Assembly (NCBI GenBank): GCA_963695875.1
Contig: CAVOID010000014.1
Location: 1 to 64,000 of the forward strand
Length of the DNA: 64,000 nucleotides
Source: an uncultured delta proteobacterium
GTDB taxonomy: Bacteria > Desulfobacterota > Syntrophia > Syntrophales > UBA2185
Direction: 5' to 3'
Positions 1-11,972 of this stretch are shown one piece after another; position 1 is the stretch's first letter; every line of letters starts with the position of its first letter. A model generated the notes under the pieces. The model searched no databases and was not told the origin of the DNA. It saw only the letters and a list, made by a program, of their open reading frames with translations. A program made the translations under genes and the position numbers.

Positions 1-1
1 G

Positions 2-610
2 CTATGGTTCGGATGGTTCGGTTTCAATGCCGGCAGCGCTCTGGAGGCGAGCGGGCTGGCAGTCAGTGCTTTTGTCAGCACCAATATCGCCGCTGCTGTA
101 GCGGCTATGACATGGGTGATCTGGGAATGGCAGAAACACGGTGCACCAACTATGCTCGGTTTGGTTACGGGTATCATAGCCGGGCTTGGTGCTATTACCC
201 CTGCCTGTGGTTACATAACTCCTCTCATGGCCATACCCATCGGAATCTTTGCAGGCGCCTTCTCCTTCATCGGCGTAACGAAATTGAAACCCAAACTGGG
301 CTACGATGATTCGCTGGATGTTTTCGGCGTTCACGGAGTTTGCGGGGTATGGGGGACGATCGCAACAGGACTCTTTGCACAAAAGGCAATTAATGCAGCC
401 GGGGCAAATGGTTTTCTTTTCGGAAATGTTAAGCTGCTGCTCATACAGGGGTTGTATGTAATTGTCACTGTTTCTTATGCAGTCGTAGTAACCTGGATTC
501 TGTACAAATTTGTGGATGCCTTTATGGGAATGAGGGTTGAGGAAAAAGGTGAAATCGTCGGCCTCGATCTTAATCAGCATCACGAATCTGCCTACACCGT
601 TGTGGAATAA
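2..610 (+). CDS. amtB: ammonium transporter Amt, C-terminal part (5' end outside window)
   Basis: Frame-2 translation from nt 2 gives [18 protein letters not shown]..., the Amt signature, and continues to the stop at 610. The ORF track shows only the internal-Met part, 107..610. Confidence 0.85.
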   Translation, partial: LWFGWFGFNAGSALEASGLAVSAFVSTNIAAAVAAMTWVIWEWQKHGAPTMLGLVTGIIAGLGAITPACGYITPLMAIPIGIFAGAFSFIGVTKLKPKLGYDDSLDVFGVHGVCGVWGTIATGLFAQKAINAAGANGFLFGNVKLLLIQGLYVIVTVSYAVVVTWILYKFVDAFMGMRVEEKGEIVGLDLNQHHESAYTVVE

Positions 611-624
611 GGAGGGTAACGAAG

Positions 625-966
625 ATGAAATATATAGTTGCGATAATACAGCCCCACAAGCTGGACGAAGTGATGAAGACGCTGGAGGATGTGGAGGTAA
701 ATTTAATGACCGTATCCAATGTCCTGGGGCGTGGCAGGCAGAAAGGGCTTACGGAAGTATACCGGGGCGCCAAGGAGGTGGGCAGCCTTTTAAAGAAGAT
801 CAAGCTGGAGATTGCCGTTAATGAGGATTTTGTGGAACCGACGATACAGGCGATCATCAAGGGAGCCCGGACTGGCGAGATCGGTGACGGGAAGATTTTC
901 GTTTTGGATTTGTATGAGGTTGTCCGCATCCGTACAGGTGAACGCGGCGGCAAGGCCATAGGATAA
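625..966 (+). CDS. glnK: nitrogen regulatory protein P-II (GlnK type, next to amt)
   Basis: 112-aa [19 protein letters not shown]...GRGRQKG...GDGKIFV, typical P-II. It sits directly downstream of amt. Confidence 0.9.
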   Translation: MKYIVAIIQPHKLDEVMKTLEDVEVNLMTVSNVLGRGRQKGLTEVYRGAKEVGSLLKKIKLEIAVNEDFVEPTIQAIIKGARTGEIGDGKIFVLDLYEVVRIRTGERGGKAIG

Positions 967-985
967 AGAGAGGGGTGTGAGTATT

Positions 986-2404
986 ATGAACCTGAAAGAA
1001 CTAATCAAATATTCCAAGGATAAGCATCTGGAATTCATCGACCTGAAATTTACGGATATCCCGGGTTTGTGGCAGCATATCACGATCCCGATCCAGCAGT
1101 TGGACGAGGATCTTGGTCATCCATGGTATCGGTTTCGACGGCTCCAGCATCCGGGGATTCCAGCCCATCAACGAGAGCGACATGCTGATCAAGCCGGACA
1201 CGGAGACGGCGTTCATCGATCCGTTTATGGCGGATCCCACACTGAGCATGATCTGTAACGTCAAGGACCCCCTCACCCAGGTGCCGTATTCACGGGACCC
1301 GCGGAATGTGGGGCAGAAGGCGGAGAGATACCTTTCCGTCTGCGGGATCGCGGATCAGGTCTTTTTCGGTCCGGAGCCGGAGTTTTATATTTTTGACGAT
1401 GTGCGGTTTGAGCAGACTTACAATACGGGATTTTACAGGGTCGATTCCAAGGAGGGTTTCTGGAATACTGCAAGGGACGAAGGGCCCGAATCTCGGATAC
1501 AAGCCCCGGTACAAGGAAGGCTACTTTCCGGTGCCGCCCACGGACAGCCTTCAGAACCTCAGGGCGAAGATGTGCAAGGTGATGACGGAGGTCGGCATCC
1601 CGGTCATCCTCCATCACCATGAAGTGGCCACGGCAGGGCAGTGCGAGATCGGGGTCAGGATCAATACCCTTGTGGATACGGGGGACATGCTCATGAAGTA
1701 CAAGTATGTGGTGAAGAATGTCGCTTTAGCCCACGGGAAGACGGTAACGTTCATGCCAAAGCCGCTCTTCATGGACAACGGTTCCGGGATGCACGTTCAT
1801 CAGAGCCTCTGGAAGAACGGGAGGAACCTCTTTTACGATACCAGCGGCTACGGGGGGATCAGCAAGCTCTGCAGACACTATATCGGCGGCCTCCTGCACC
1901 ATGCGCCGTCGCTTCTGGCCTTTACGTCTCCCACGACAAACTCATACCGGAGACTTGTTCCGGGGTATGAGGCGCCGATCAATCTTGTATACTCACAGCG
2001 GAACCGGAGCGCCTGCGTCCGGATTCCCATGTATTCTCCGAGCGGAAAAGGCCAAAAGGATAGAGTTCCGCTGTCCCGACTGTTCCTGTAACCCCTACCT
2101 GGCGCTTTCTGCGATGCTCATGGCGGGCTTGGACGGGATCGAGAACGAGATCGAGCCGCCGCCTCCCATCGATGAGGACATCTATGAACTTTCCCATGAG
2201 GAGAAAGCACACATCAAGGCGACGCCCGGGTCACTCTCCGAGGTCCTGGACGCCCTGGAGAAGGAGCATAAGTACCTGTTGAAAGGTGACGTCTTCACCG
2301 AAGACCTGATCCAGATGTGGATAGAATACAAACGGAAAAGAGAGGACGACATGATCAGACTGCGTCCCCATCCTTATGAGTTTGCGCTGTACTATGACAT
2401 TTAA
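986..2404 (+). CDS. glnA: glutamine synthetase type I (GlnA); reading frame broken by about 3 single-base indels in this assembly
   Basis: GS-I homology is spread over four overlapping ORFs (977-1258, 1113-1622, 1306-2091, 1901-2404). Motifs: [54 protein letters not shown] agagagggg, then ATG at 986. Confidence 0.85.
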
Positions 2405-2409
2405 ATAAA

Positions 2410-2489
2410 AAGAAGGATTCGAGGGATCAAGGGTTCAAGGAAATCTAACACTTGAACCCTGGAACCCTTGAATCCTCGAACCCTTCTTT
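2410..2489 (+). terminator. long imperfect palindrome (GGNTYNARGG decamer repeats) downstream of glnA; candidate terminator or attenuator
   Basis: aagaaggattcgagggatcaagggttcaagg ... cttgaaccctggaacccttgaatcctcgaacccttcttt, ending T-rich. Confidence 0.4.
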
Positions 2490-2556
2490 GCAACTAGACG
2501 GGATAAGAACCAAAAAGAATAACAGAAATAAACCAAGTATTATAAATCAGGAGGTT

Positions 2557-3834
2557 ATGGACATGGATATAGGAATGGTAGGTATTTTTATCGCTGCGTT
2601 GGTCATCATGGCAATCATTATCTACATCAAGGCCAACATGAAGATCTGCGAGCCCAATGAGGTGATGATCTTTTCCGGGCGGCAGTTCAAGGAGAAGGAC
2701 AAGGTAGTGGGGTACCGTGTGATCAAGGGAGGAAGAGGGTTGAAGATTCCCCTGATTGAGACGGTAAGGACCATATCGTTGAATACGATGCCCATCGAGA
2801 TGGATGTAACAGGCGCCCTCACGAGAGGGACGATTCCCGTAAATGTGAAGGCCATGGCGAATGTCAAGATCGCCGGCACGATGGAAGACGGTCTGGGGAA
2901 TGCCATCGAGAGATTCCTCGGGAAGAGCGCTACGGCCATTGCCACGACGGCCCGGGAGATCCTGGAAGGCACATTGCGCGGCATACTGGCGACGATGCAG
3001 CCGGAAGAAGCCAATGCGAACCGGATAGCACTGGCCCAGCAGGTTGCCAAAGAGGCGCGGGAGGACATGCAGAGGCTGGGGCTTGTCCTGGATACGTTCA
3101 AGATCCAGGAGATCAAGGATGACAAGGGTTATCTGGAGGCCATTGCACGGAAGAAAAACGCAGAGGTTCATCGTGATGCCAGGATTGTTGAGGCGGAATC
3201 CAATGCGGAGGCGAGCAAGAAGGAAGCGGAGGGGAAGAAGGTTGCGGAGATTGCGGACATTGAGGCCCGGCAGTCGATCGTGCAGTCGGACATGAACTTC
3301 CGGGTGCAGCAGGCGACGTGGAAGGCTGAGGCGAACCGCGCCGAGGAGAAGGCCAAGATTGCCGGTGAAATCTCCCGTATGGAGGAAACGAAGACCCTTG
3401 AGGGAAAACGGGTCGAGACCAACAAATTGAAGTATCAGGCTGAAGTCGTCATCCCCGCGGAAGCGGAGAAGGATGCCCAGCAGATGAAGGCCATCGGAGA
3501 AGCCGCCTTTACCTTTGAAGAGGGCAAGGCCAAGGCGGATGCCCTGAAGCTGCTCCGCGAACAGTGGGAACATCCGAACAGCAAGGACCTGTTCATGATC
3601 CAGCTCCTGCCGGAACTGGTAGGACATGTGTCCAAGGTCATCGCATCCAATCTCAATGTGGAAAGACTGACCGTGGTCGACGGCGGCAGCGGGAGCGGCA
3701 GTGGCGGAGGTCTCCCGCACCTCGTGGGAAACCTGGCCGGGTCTGTGAACTCCTTCTTTGAGCAGATGAAGACCCTCACAGGCCTGGATCTGGCCAAGCT
3801 GATGGAAGAGCGCTACAAGGTGTCAGCTAAATAA
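2557..3834 (+). CDS. flotillin-like SPFH/band-7 family membrane protein
   Basis: RBS AGGAGG at 2546-2551 (aggagg ttatgg ac ATG) precedes ATG 2557. N-terminal TM helix, SPFH core and a long Ala/Glu/Lys coiled-coil tail (flotillin/YqiK-like). The intact 460-aa ORF in the track starts at an upstream alternative start. Confidence 0.8.
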   Translation: MDMDIGMVGIFIAALVIMAIIIYIKANMKICEPNEVMIFSGRQFKEKDKVVGYRVIKGGRGLKIPLIETVRTISLNTMPIEMDVTGALTRGTIPVNVKAMANVKIAGTMEDGLGNAIERFLGKSATAIATTAREILEGTLRGILATMQPEEANANRIALAQQVAKEAREDMQRLGLVLDTFKIQEIKDDKGYLEAIARKKNAEVHRDARIVEAESNAEASKKEAEGKKVAEIADIEARQSIVQSDMNFRVQQATWKAEANRAEEKAKIAGEISRMEETKTLEGKRVETNKLKYQAEVVIPAEAEKDAQQMKAIGEAAFTFEEGKAKADALKLLREQWEHPNSKDLFMIQLLPELVGHVSKVIASNLNVERLTVVDGGSGSGSGGGLPHLVGNLAGSVNSFFEQMKTLTGLDLAKLMEERYKVSAK

Positions 3835-3867
3835 TAAATAGCGTAACAGCAAACCACTTCACATCAT

Positions 3868-3924
3868 CCCCTTCCTGAGAAACCTTCCCTGCAGAGGGAT
3901 TTAAGGGAAGGGGATTCTTTTCTT
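3868..3924 (+). terminator. rho-independent terminator after the flotillin gene
   Basis: ccccttcc...ggaagggg stem with an inner ccctgcagaggg hairpin, followed by attcttttctt. Confidence 0.55.
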
Positions 3925-4284
3925 ACGTTCCCTTTCCATCAATATATCTTATAGCATAAATAAAAATTCTTAATCAGATTTCCATCTGGAAGCAGCCACA
4001 CGACCCTTCAGTACATCTCTGATCCTTTTGCGGATCAGGATTGATAAGAAATCCTTGATTCTGGCCATTCCCTTTAATGCGCCAAGCTCTTCTTCGTAGA
4101 GGGACAAGATCACCTCGACAGTGTCAAATACTGAATTATTTTATTTCTACTTACCTTTCTGATCAAATATTCGTACTGGATTTCTTTGAGATCATGCTAT
4201 AATCTTTTATGGTGATACTTTGAATGTCAGAGTTTAGTGAGATCGGGTCAGTAGTTTTATCAACATTTCATAAGATTTTTCTCT

Positions 4285-5726
4285 TTGCTCAAAATGAGAT
4301 GGAGAGACGGGGCTTTTCTTGAAATCCGTCTTGAAAAATCCGCCTTTACGAAAGGTGGGGGTGCGAAGCGAAAGATATTATTCGAGGCAGCTTTGAACAT
4401 TCTTATTGTCGATGATGAGCTGAACATTCGTAAGACCCTGTCGGTCTGTCTGGAAACGGAAGGGCACAATGTTGTTGCTGTCAGTAATTTTCAGGATGCC
4501 CTTTCTGAAAACACCCGCCGGTCATTTGACATGGCTTTTGTGGATCTCCGTCTCGGAATAGATAGCGGTCTCGACCTCATTCCTGCGCTTCTCGCAGGAT
4601 CACCATGGCTGAAGATAATCATAATTACAGCCTATGCATCAATTGACACAGCCGTAGAGGCAATAAAGCGTGGCGCTACGGATTATATCCCGAAACCCTT
4701 CACACCTGCCCAGGTAAAACTTGTCGTTCAGAAGGTCGCGGAGGTCCGTTCACTGGAACAGCGTATTGATGCACTCCAGTCAGATTTGAACCGCATCAAT
4801 CCCGAAGTAGACCTGACTACGACAAGCCCGGTAATGCAGCGGGCCATCGAGCTTGCCAAGACAGGTGGCCCCAACCGATGCGATCGTCCTGCTTGACGGG
4901 AGAGAACGGAACCGGGAAAAGTATTTTTGCGCGGGCAATTCATGGGTGGAGCAAACGGGCAGATATGCCTTTTGCCGAGATCTCATGCCCGGCACTTTCA
5001 GCGCGAGCTTTTAGAAAGTGAACTCTTCGGTCATATCAAAGGCGCCTTTACCGGTGCTGTGCGAGACCATTCCGGCCGGATTGCATTTTGTGAAGGAGGA
5101 ACGCTGTTTCTCGATGAGATCGGTGATCTCCCCCTCCCGGTTCAACCGAAGCTTCTACAGGTTTATCCAGGAAAGGGAATACGAACGTCTGGGTGACCAT
5201 GTCACACGCAAGGCAGATGTACGCCTGATCGCAGCCACAAATATGGATATTGAGGATGCCGTCAAGAATCACCGGTTTCGGGAAGATCTTTACTATCGGC
5301 TTAATGTGATTCAGATAGAAATCCCGCCGCTCCGGGAACGGCCCGATGATATTGTCAGTCTGGCCACGACGTTTACTTACTTTCTTCGGGAGGAGCCATC
5401 ACTGTGACTCCCAGCATTTTACCGAAGATGCTCTTCACGTTCTGCGCCGTTATTCCTGGCCGGGTAATGTCCGTGAATTAAGAAATGTCGTTGAAAGAGC
5501 CTCCATAATCTGCAAGTCAGAGTCAGTCGGGATCGAACATCTCCCGGAAAAGCTTCTGACTGCCGAAGAATACCCAAAACCAGGTGATCTTATTTCCCTT
5601 GATAAAATCGAAGAGATGCACATCCGCCGCGTCCTGGCATCGACTAAATCATTACAGGAAGCCGCTGAAATCCTCGGAGTTGATCAGGCTACACTCTGGC
5701 GGCGGCGGAAACGATATAATATCTGA
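4285..5726 (+). CDS. sigma-54-dependent response regulator (REC + AAA+ sigma54-activation + Fis-type HTH), frameshifted in assembly
   Basis: ORFs 4285-4896, 4927-5196, 5018-5407 and 5346-5726 together give ILIVDDE...receiver, GENGTGKS Walker [43 protein letters not shown]-terminal HTH. True start may be TTG 4393. Confidence 0.8.
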
Positions 5727-6045
5727 GCAAACTCATCTTCTCCTTTCATGCCAATTTTGTTCAATCATTTGTCATTCCAAAGTCTGAGCAAGTGAATCTC
5801 AATAGTTCACGAGTTTTTTACCCTGAGAAACCGAAGGGCCCAACATGACAATCCAGTATCATTTTTTTGATTGCAATACTGCATCGAACACTTTCGGAAG
5901 TAGATTGCAATTTGCAAGACTTCTTAGTCCTGGTTCTTGCTAAGTGCAAGGAAAACCGGATCCCCCATAATTTTAAGCTATTGAATTTTCTTACTTTTAT
6001 CTATGGCATAGCAGTTGCTCTCTTTTATAGAGAAGGAGGACGACC

Positions 6046-7904
6046 ATGTTTGGTTTACGACAGAAGCTACTTACTGGTATTTGGGGGCCTTTTACTGATC
6101 ATTGTACTGATCAGCATTCAGAGCATCATCAAGGTTACAGACCTGGGAAATGCGATTGATATCATTCTTCGGGAAAACTACCAGAGTGTCATTGCCTGTC
6201 AGAACATGAAAGAATCCCTGGAAAGGATAGACAGCGGCGCTCTCTTCATCCTTTCCGGTTATGAAAAGGAGGGAAGAGAGGCCATTGACGGGAATGTACC
6301 GGAGTTTGAGAAGGCACTGCAGATCGAATTGAACAATATCACGCTTCCCGGAGAAGGAGAAAAGGCGAACCCATCTTCAGGAACTTTTTGCACGATATAG
6401 ACCCATGGTTCAAAGTATGGAGGATAAGACGCAGTGTCATCCGAGAGACGGCGTCAGATTTATTTTACCGAACTTTTTCCATTGTTTCGAGAAATCAAAG
6501 GAAACGGCAGATCAGATCCTAACACATGAATCAGCAGAACATGTACGATGAAAACCAGTCGGCACGCCACAAGGCGGCCACAGCACGTGAACAAATGTAT
6601 TTTCTTTTGTTTCTCGGAGCCATTGTGGCCATCGCTTACATGTTCCTAATCGGCAAGTGGATTCTTCGCCCGATCAGAAGCCTGACACAATCCGTCGATG
6701 AGATCAAACAGGGCAATCTTGATCTTGTGGTGAGAAGTGACACCCGCGATGAGATAGGACACCTTTCAGAGGCATTTAATGAAATGACGGCAAGCCTCAG
6801 AGAAATCCGCCGCATTGAAGAGCTGAAGCTGGTCCGGATGCAGCACTCCACACAGGAGACATTCAATAATCTTCCCGATGTCGCGGCAGTAGTAGACCTG
6901 GAAGGCAGGGTGGAGGTGTCAACGGAAACAGCCAGAAATACCTTTGGCCTCAACCGAGGCGTCCAAATCAGGATTCTTGCCTTACAAATGGATGGCTGAT
7001 CTTTTTAGAGAAGCCCTCAAGAGCGATCAAGATGTCGATGAACCAGGATAACATCCCGCTCATACAACACTTCATCAATGCAGAAGAACACTACTTCCGT
7101 CCGACCGCCGCACCCATCCTGAACAGTCGAAAAGAAGTGACGGGTGTCATCCTTGTTCTGAAGGACGTGACGGAGCAGCTGGAGCATGACGAACTTAAAC
7201 GGGGTGTCATTTCGACCGTCTCCCATCAATTGAAGACGCCGCTTACGTCCATCCGCATGGCCCTCCACCTGCTTCTCGAGGAAAAGGTCGGCTCCCTGAC
7301 ACCTAAGCAGGCGGATCTTCTGATTGCCGCCCGTGAAGACAGCGACCGCCTGGACCGGATCCTTGAGAATCTTCTGGACATGAGCCGCATCGCATCCGGA
7401 AAGGTGGCCATGGAATTGCAGGCGGCTCAACCGCATCAGATGATCCTCAAATGCAGTCGAATCGTACCGGGCAGCAGCCCGCCAGCGCGGAGTGGAGCTG
7501 AAGACGGACCTGCCGGACGATCTGCCCGATGTACTGGCAGATACGATGCAGATCGCTCATGTATTTGCCAATCTGCTCTTCAATGCCCTGAAGTACACCG
7601 ATTCGGGCGGTACGATCACTCGTGTCCGCGCAGGCTGATGAAGAACAGGTTCGTTTCTCCGTTTCGGATACGGGGAAGAGGCATACCCGAAGAGTACCTT
7701 CCGAAGATCTTCGATCGATTCTTTCGCGTCCCCGGACAGGAGCACGAAACAGGCATAGGATTGGGGCTTTCCATCGTCAAGGAAATCGTCGAGGCCCACG
7801 GGGGATCGGTAAGTGTGGAAAGCCGTGTAGGTGAGGGAAGCACATTCTCTTTCACGCTTCCAAGGGCCGACAAAGTTGCAAAGGATGCGATCAGCCATGA
7901 TTGA
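6046..7904 (+). CDS. sensor histidine kinase (periplasmic sensor, HAMP, PAS, HisKA, HATPase_c), frameshifted in assembly
   Basis: Pieces 5867-6400 (TM + sensor), 6526-6999 (HAMP: [17 protein letters not shown]), 7032-7904 (H-box [12 protein letters not shown]; G-boxes [25 protein letters not shown]). Confidence 0.75.
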
Positions 7905-7983
7905 TCTAATCTATATTTCAACTGCCATCATCTTTTTTGCAATTTGTGTTTTCTATGCCGGGCTCTGCGGGAGGCTTTAGAAT

Positions 7984-8067
7984 ATGGCTGATATCATTGT
8001 TCTTATGATCGGATTGTTTCTGATCGTCTATCTCTTTTTTGTGGTACTTCGTCCTGAAAAATTTTAA
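7984..8067 (+). CDS. kdpF: K+-transporting ATPase subunit F (27-aa hydrophobic peptide)
   Basis: ATG gct gat... encodes MADIIVLMIGLFLIVYLFFVVLRPEKF*, a typical KdpF C-terminus (LRPEKF), immediately upstream of kdpA. Confidence 0.7.
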   Translation: MADIIVLMIGLFLIVYLFFVVLRPEKF

Positions 8068-8113
8068 GTTTGCTCACAATATCTCAAGTTGCTTAAGGAT
8101 AGGAGAAGTTAAC

Positions 8114-9921
8114 ATGAACATTTATGGCTGGATTCAATTAACTGTCTTCATCGGCATCCTCCTTTTGCTGACGAAGCCGATAGGAGTTTATCTCACACAG
8201 GTTCTCGATCCTGAGGGAAAGACCTTTCTCGACCCGGTGCTTCGCCCTGTGGAAAGGCTGTTTTATCGGCTTTTCGGACTTGACCCGAAAAAGGAGCAGG
8301 CCTGGCAGGAGTATGCCCTGTCCCTTCTTGCCTTCAGTCTGGTGAGTCTTTTATTGACTTACGTTATCCTTCGCGTTCAGCATCTCCTGCCTCTGAACCC
8401 CCAGGGATTCGGACCGGTAAGCGAACACTTGGCCTTCAATACAGCGGTCAGTTTCACAACCAATACCAACTGGCAGAGCTATGGTGGAGAGTCTACTCTT
8501 TCGTATTTTTCGCAGATGGTCGGCCTTGTTTTCCACAACTTTACCTCCGCAGCCGTCGGAATTGCCGTGGCTGCCGCTCTGGTAAGGGGTATTGCCCAGC
8601 AGTACACTACCCGTACGATCGGCAATTTCTGGGTCGATCTTGTCCGTGTAAATCTTTATCTGCTGCTGCCGATCTCCCTTGTCTATGCCCTCTTTCTTGT
8701 ATCCCAGGGAATGATCCAGAATTTCAAGCCATACGATACGGCACAGCTTGTGGAACCCGCCGTCATTCAGGTCGCCAAGAAGGATACAGCAGGTCAGGAG
8801 ATCATGGATGCTCAGGGAAAGCCGGTCATGGAGGATCAAAAAGTTGAAACACAGACGATTGCGCAGGGACCGACGGCATCTCAGGTGGCGATCAAGATGC
8901 TGGGAACAAACGGCGGTGGATTCTTCAATGCCAACGCCTCTCATCCCTTTGAGAATCCGACACCGCTTTCCAATTTTTTGCAAATCCTGTCTATCTTTCT
9001 CATACCGAGCGGACTGACCTATTACCTGGGCCGGATGGTGAAGAACCAGCGGCACGGCTGGACAGTCTGGGGGGCGATGCTTGTTCTCTTTCTCGCAGGA
9101 GTCCTGACATGCTGGTGGGCGGAAGCAGCGGGAAACCCGAGGATGCATGCCTTGGGTGTGGATGCCAGTCGGAGGGCAACATGGAAGGGAAGGAAGTCCG
9201 CTTCGGGATATTCGGTTCCGCCCTCTTTGCCACCGTGACGACGGATGCCTCCTGCGGCGCCGTCAATGCGATGCACGATTCCTTTACGCCTCTGGGAGGC
9301 CTGATCCCGCTCTTCAATATGCAACTGGGCGAGGTCATCTTCGGCGGTGTAGGGGCCGGCCTTTACGGGATGCTCGTTTTCGTTTTACTGACGGTATTTT
9401 TAGCAGGACTGATGGTCGGGCGCACGCCTGAGTATCTGGGTAAAAAGATCGAGGCCTATGATGTGAAGGTCAGCGTATTGTTTGTGATGGTGCCTGTTTT
9501 TACCGTCCTGGGATTCACCGCCTGGGCGGCGGTGAGCGCCTGGGGTTTGGCCGGACTGAATAATACGGGCCCTCACGGTTTTAGCGAAATACTCTATGCC
9601 TTCTCATCGGCTGTCGGCAATAACGGCAGCGCCTTCGCCGGACTCACTACCAATACTTACTGGTACGACACAACAATGGGCATCGCCATGCTGCTGGGCC
9701 GCTTTTTCATGATCGTCCCGGTGCTGGCCCTCGCGGGCAGCCTGGCACAGAAGAGGCAGATCGCGACAAGCGGCGGCAGTTTCCCCGTTTCCGGCGTTAT
9801 GTTCGCTATTCTCCTCCTCGGCACCGTTCTCATCGTTGGCGCCCTGACGTTTCTCCCGGTACTGGCGCTGGGTCCCATTGTCGAGCATCTTTTGATGACC
9901 GGATCACAGATTATCTATTAA
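8114..9921 (+). CDS. kdpA: K+-transporting ATPase subunit A; one frameshift near 9170 (ccc to cc)
   Basis: RBS GGAG then ATG 8114, [15 protein letters not shown].... Homology continues from ORF 8039-9238 into ORF 9109-9921 at ...[12 protein letters not shown]. Confidence 0.9.
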
Positions 9922-9933
9922 GGAGCAAAGGCG

Positions 9934-11955
9934 ATGGCTGCCAGAACGCATTCCATATTCGATCGTGAAATTATATTGCAGGCAATCATTGAGGCTGCGA
10001 AGAAAATGAACCCGGTACACATGGTCAAAAATCCGGTCATGTTTGTCACCGAGGTGGGGGCGTTCATTGTAACCGCCGGACTCTTTTTCCGACCGGAAGG
10101 TGAAAATCTTGGCTTTAGTTTGCAGATCGCTCTGTGGCTCTGGTTTACCGCGTACTTCGCCAATTTCGCGGAGGCTATGGCCGAAGGCAGAGGAAGGGCG
10201 CAGGCGAACGCCCTCCGTAAGACACGGACCCGGACAATGGCCAACCGTATCCAAAGCGATGGCACGTCGGAAAAGATCCCTGCCGAGCAACTTCGAAAGG
10301 GGGATATATTTCTTGTTTCCGTCGGTGAGATCATACCTGCAGACGGTGAAATCATCGAGGGGGTCGCCACGGTTGATGAATCGGCTATTACCGGAGAATC
10401 GGCCCCTGTAATCCGCGAGGCAGGCGGAGACCGGAGCGCTGTCACAGGGGGAACAAAGGTCCTGTCGGACTTGATCAGGTGCCGCGTGACGGCAAACCCA
10501 GGCGAGAGTTTCTTGGACCGCATGATCAGCCTCGTAGAAGGTGCCCGGCGTCAGAAGACTCCGAATGAGATCGCTCTCACGATCCTTCTTGCGGCTTTGA
10601 CTATTATTTTCCTCGTCGTCATCATGACGCTGAAATTCTATGGACTCTATTCGGAAATATCATTTTCTGTAACCGTCCTGGTGGCGCTCCTGGTCTGCCT
10701 GATCCCAACCACCATCGGCGGTCTCTTGAGTGCCATCGGCATCGCTGGAATTGACAGAATGGTGCAGAGAAATGTCCTGGCCATGAGCGGCCGGGCTGTT
10801 GAGGCAGCCGGTGACGTCGATGTTTTGCTCCTCGATAAGACAGGAACCATTACGCTAGGAGACCGCCAGGCCACCGATTTTTTTCCTGCACCGGGCATTA
10901 CTATGGAAGGACTTGCTGACGCGGCGCAACTTGCCTCACTTGCCGATGAGACGCCCGAGGGAAGGAGCATTGTCATTCTTGCAAAAAAATATGGTCTGAG
11001 AGGCCGTTCAATTTCCGATATGCCTCAGGCCAAATTCATCAACTTCACGGCACAGACGCGCATGAGCGGCGTCGATTTAGACGGCCGGCAGATAAGAAAG
11101 GGGGCTACCGACGTCATCAAGTCTTTTGTCGGTGTGTCCTTTCCGATAGAGGTTCAAAACACCATCGACAGTATTTCCAGTTCCGGTGGAACACCTCTTG
11201 TCGTTGCTTCCGGGACCAAGGTTCTGGGTGTTGTCCACCTGAAAGACATCGTGAAAGGAGGACTTAGGGACCGGTTTGAACGATTCCGGGCGATGGGGAT
11301 CAAGACCGTAATGATAACCGGTGACAACCGTCTTACAGCCGCCGCTATTGCCCAGGAAGCTGGTGTGGACGATTTCATCGCCGAAGCGCGACCAGAAGAT
11401 AAACTGGCATTGATTCGAAAGGAACAGGCGAAAGGACATCTGGTTGCCATGACAGGCGACGGCACAAATGACGCACCTGCTCTGGCACAGGCCGATGTCG
11501 GCGTGGCCATGAATACGGGTACGCAGGCAGCCAAGGAGGCGGGTAATATGGTGGACCTTGATTCCAACCCGACGAAGCTGATTGAAGTCGTTGAGATCGG
11601 CAAACAGATGCTCATCACGCGCGGAGCATTGACGACGTTCAGCATCGCCAATGACGTGGCTAAATACTTCGCCATCATCCCGGCCATGCTTGTCGGCTCG
11701 TTCCCGGTTATTGAGCCCCTCAACATTATGAGACTACAATCACCGGACAGCGCAATCCTGAGTGCCGTCATTTTCAACGCCCTCATCATCATTGCCCTGA
11801 TTCCCCTGGCCCTCCGGGGTGTGAGATTCCGGCCGGTCGGGGCCGCGTCCCTTCTTAAGCGCAACATTCTGATTTACGGCCTGGGTGGCCTCATGGCGCC
11901 CTTTCCGGGGATAAAGATAATAGACATCATTGTGAACGCCTTACATCTCACGTGA
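9934..11955 (+). CDS. kdpB: K+-transporting P-type ATPase subunit B (intact)
   Basis: 673-aa intact ORF with DKTGTIT phosphorylation motif, [12 protein letters not shown] and the KdpB N-terminus [10 protein letters not shown]. Confidence 0.95.
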   Translation: MAARTHSIFDREIILQAIIEAAKKMNPVHMVKNPVMFVTEVGAFIVTAGLFFRPEGENLGFSLQIALWLWFTAYFANFAEAMAEGRGRAQANALRKTRTRTMANRIQSDGTSEKIPAEQLRKGDIFLVSVGEIIPADGEIIEGVATVDESAITGESAPVIREAGGDRSAVTGGTKVLSDLIRCRVTANPGESFLDRMISLVEGARRQKTPNEIALTILLAALTIIFLVVIMTLKFYGLYSEISFSVTVLVALLVCLIPTTIGGLLSAIGIAGIDRMVQRNVLAMSGRAVEAAGDVDVLLLDKTGTITLGDRQATDFFPAPGITMEGLADAAQLASLADETPEGRSIVILAKKYGLRGRSISDMPQAKFINFTAQTRMSGVDLDGRQIRKGATDVIKSFVGVSFPIEVQNTIDSISSSGGTPLVVASGTKVLGVVHLKDIVKGGLRDRFERFRAMGIKTVMITGDNRLTAAAIAQEAGVDDFIAEARPEDKLALIRKEQAKGHLVAMTGDGTNDAPALAQADVGVAMNTGTQAAKEAGNMVDLDSNPTKLIEVVEIGKQMLITRGALTTFSIANDVAKYFAIIPAMLVGSFPVIEPLNIMRLQSPDSAILSAVIFNALIIIALIPLALRGVRFRPVGAASLLKRNILIYGLGGLMAPFPGIKIIDIIVNALHLT

Positions 11956-11972
11956 AAGGAGCATTTGCGACC

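Noticed and set aside
977-2404. glnA, kdpA, kdpC, rlmN and others as genuine pseudogenes
   Set aside because: Frame breaks coincide with homopolymer runs (ccc to cc, ttt to tt). They affect essential single-copy genes (glnA, rlmN, coaE, nadC). Sequencing or assembly error is far more likely than real decay.
2494-3720. 408-aa antisense ORF opposite the flotillin gene (and similar long antisense ORFs 11154-11867, 10647-10976, 9918-10523 opposite kdpB)
   Set aside because: They overlap strongly conserved sense-strand genes. They have Arg/Leu/Gly-rich composition typical of antisense frames in moderately GC-rich DNA and no RBS.
3982-4135. short minus-strand ORF (about 47 codons, ...ELGALKGMARIKDFLSILIRKRIRD...) in the flotillin/RR intergenic region
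   Set aside because: No start codon with an RBS and no recognisable domain. Possibly a gene remnant, but the evidence is insufficient.
7905-7983. sigma54 -24/-12 promoter upstream of kdpF (ctgccatcatcttttttgcaat)
   Set aside because: TGCCAT...TTGCA has the right flavour, but the GG-N10-GC spacing is off by 3 nt and the -24 GG is missing. Not reported as a feature.
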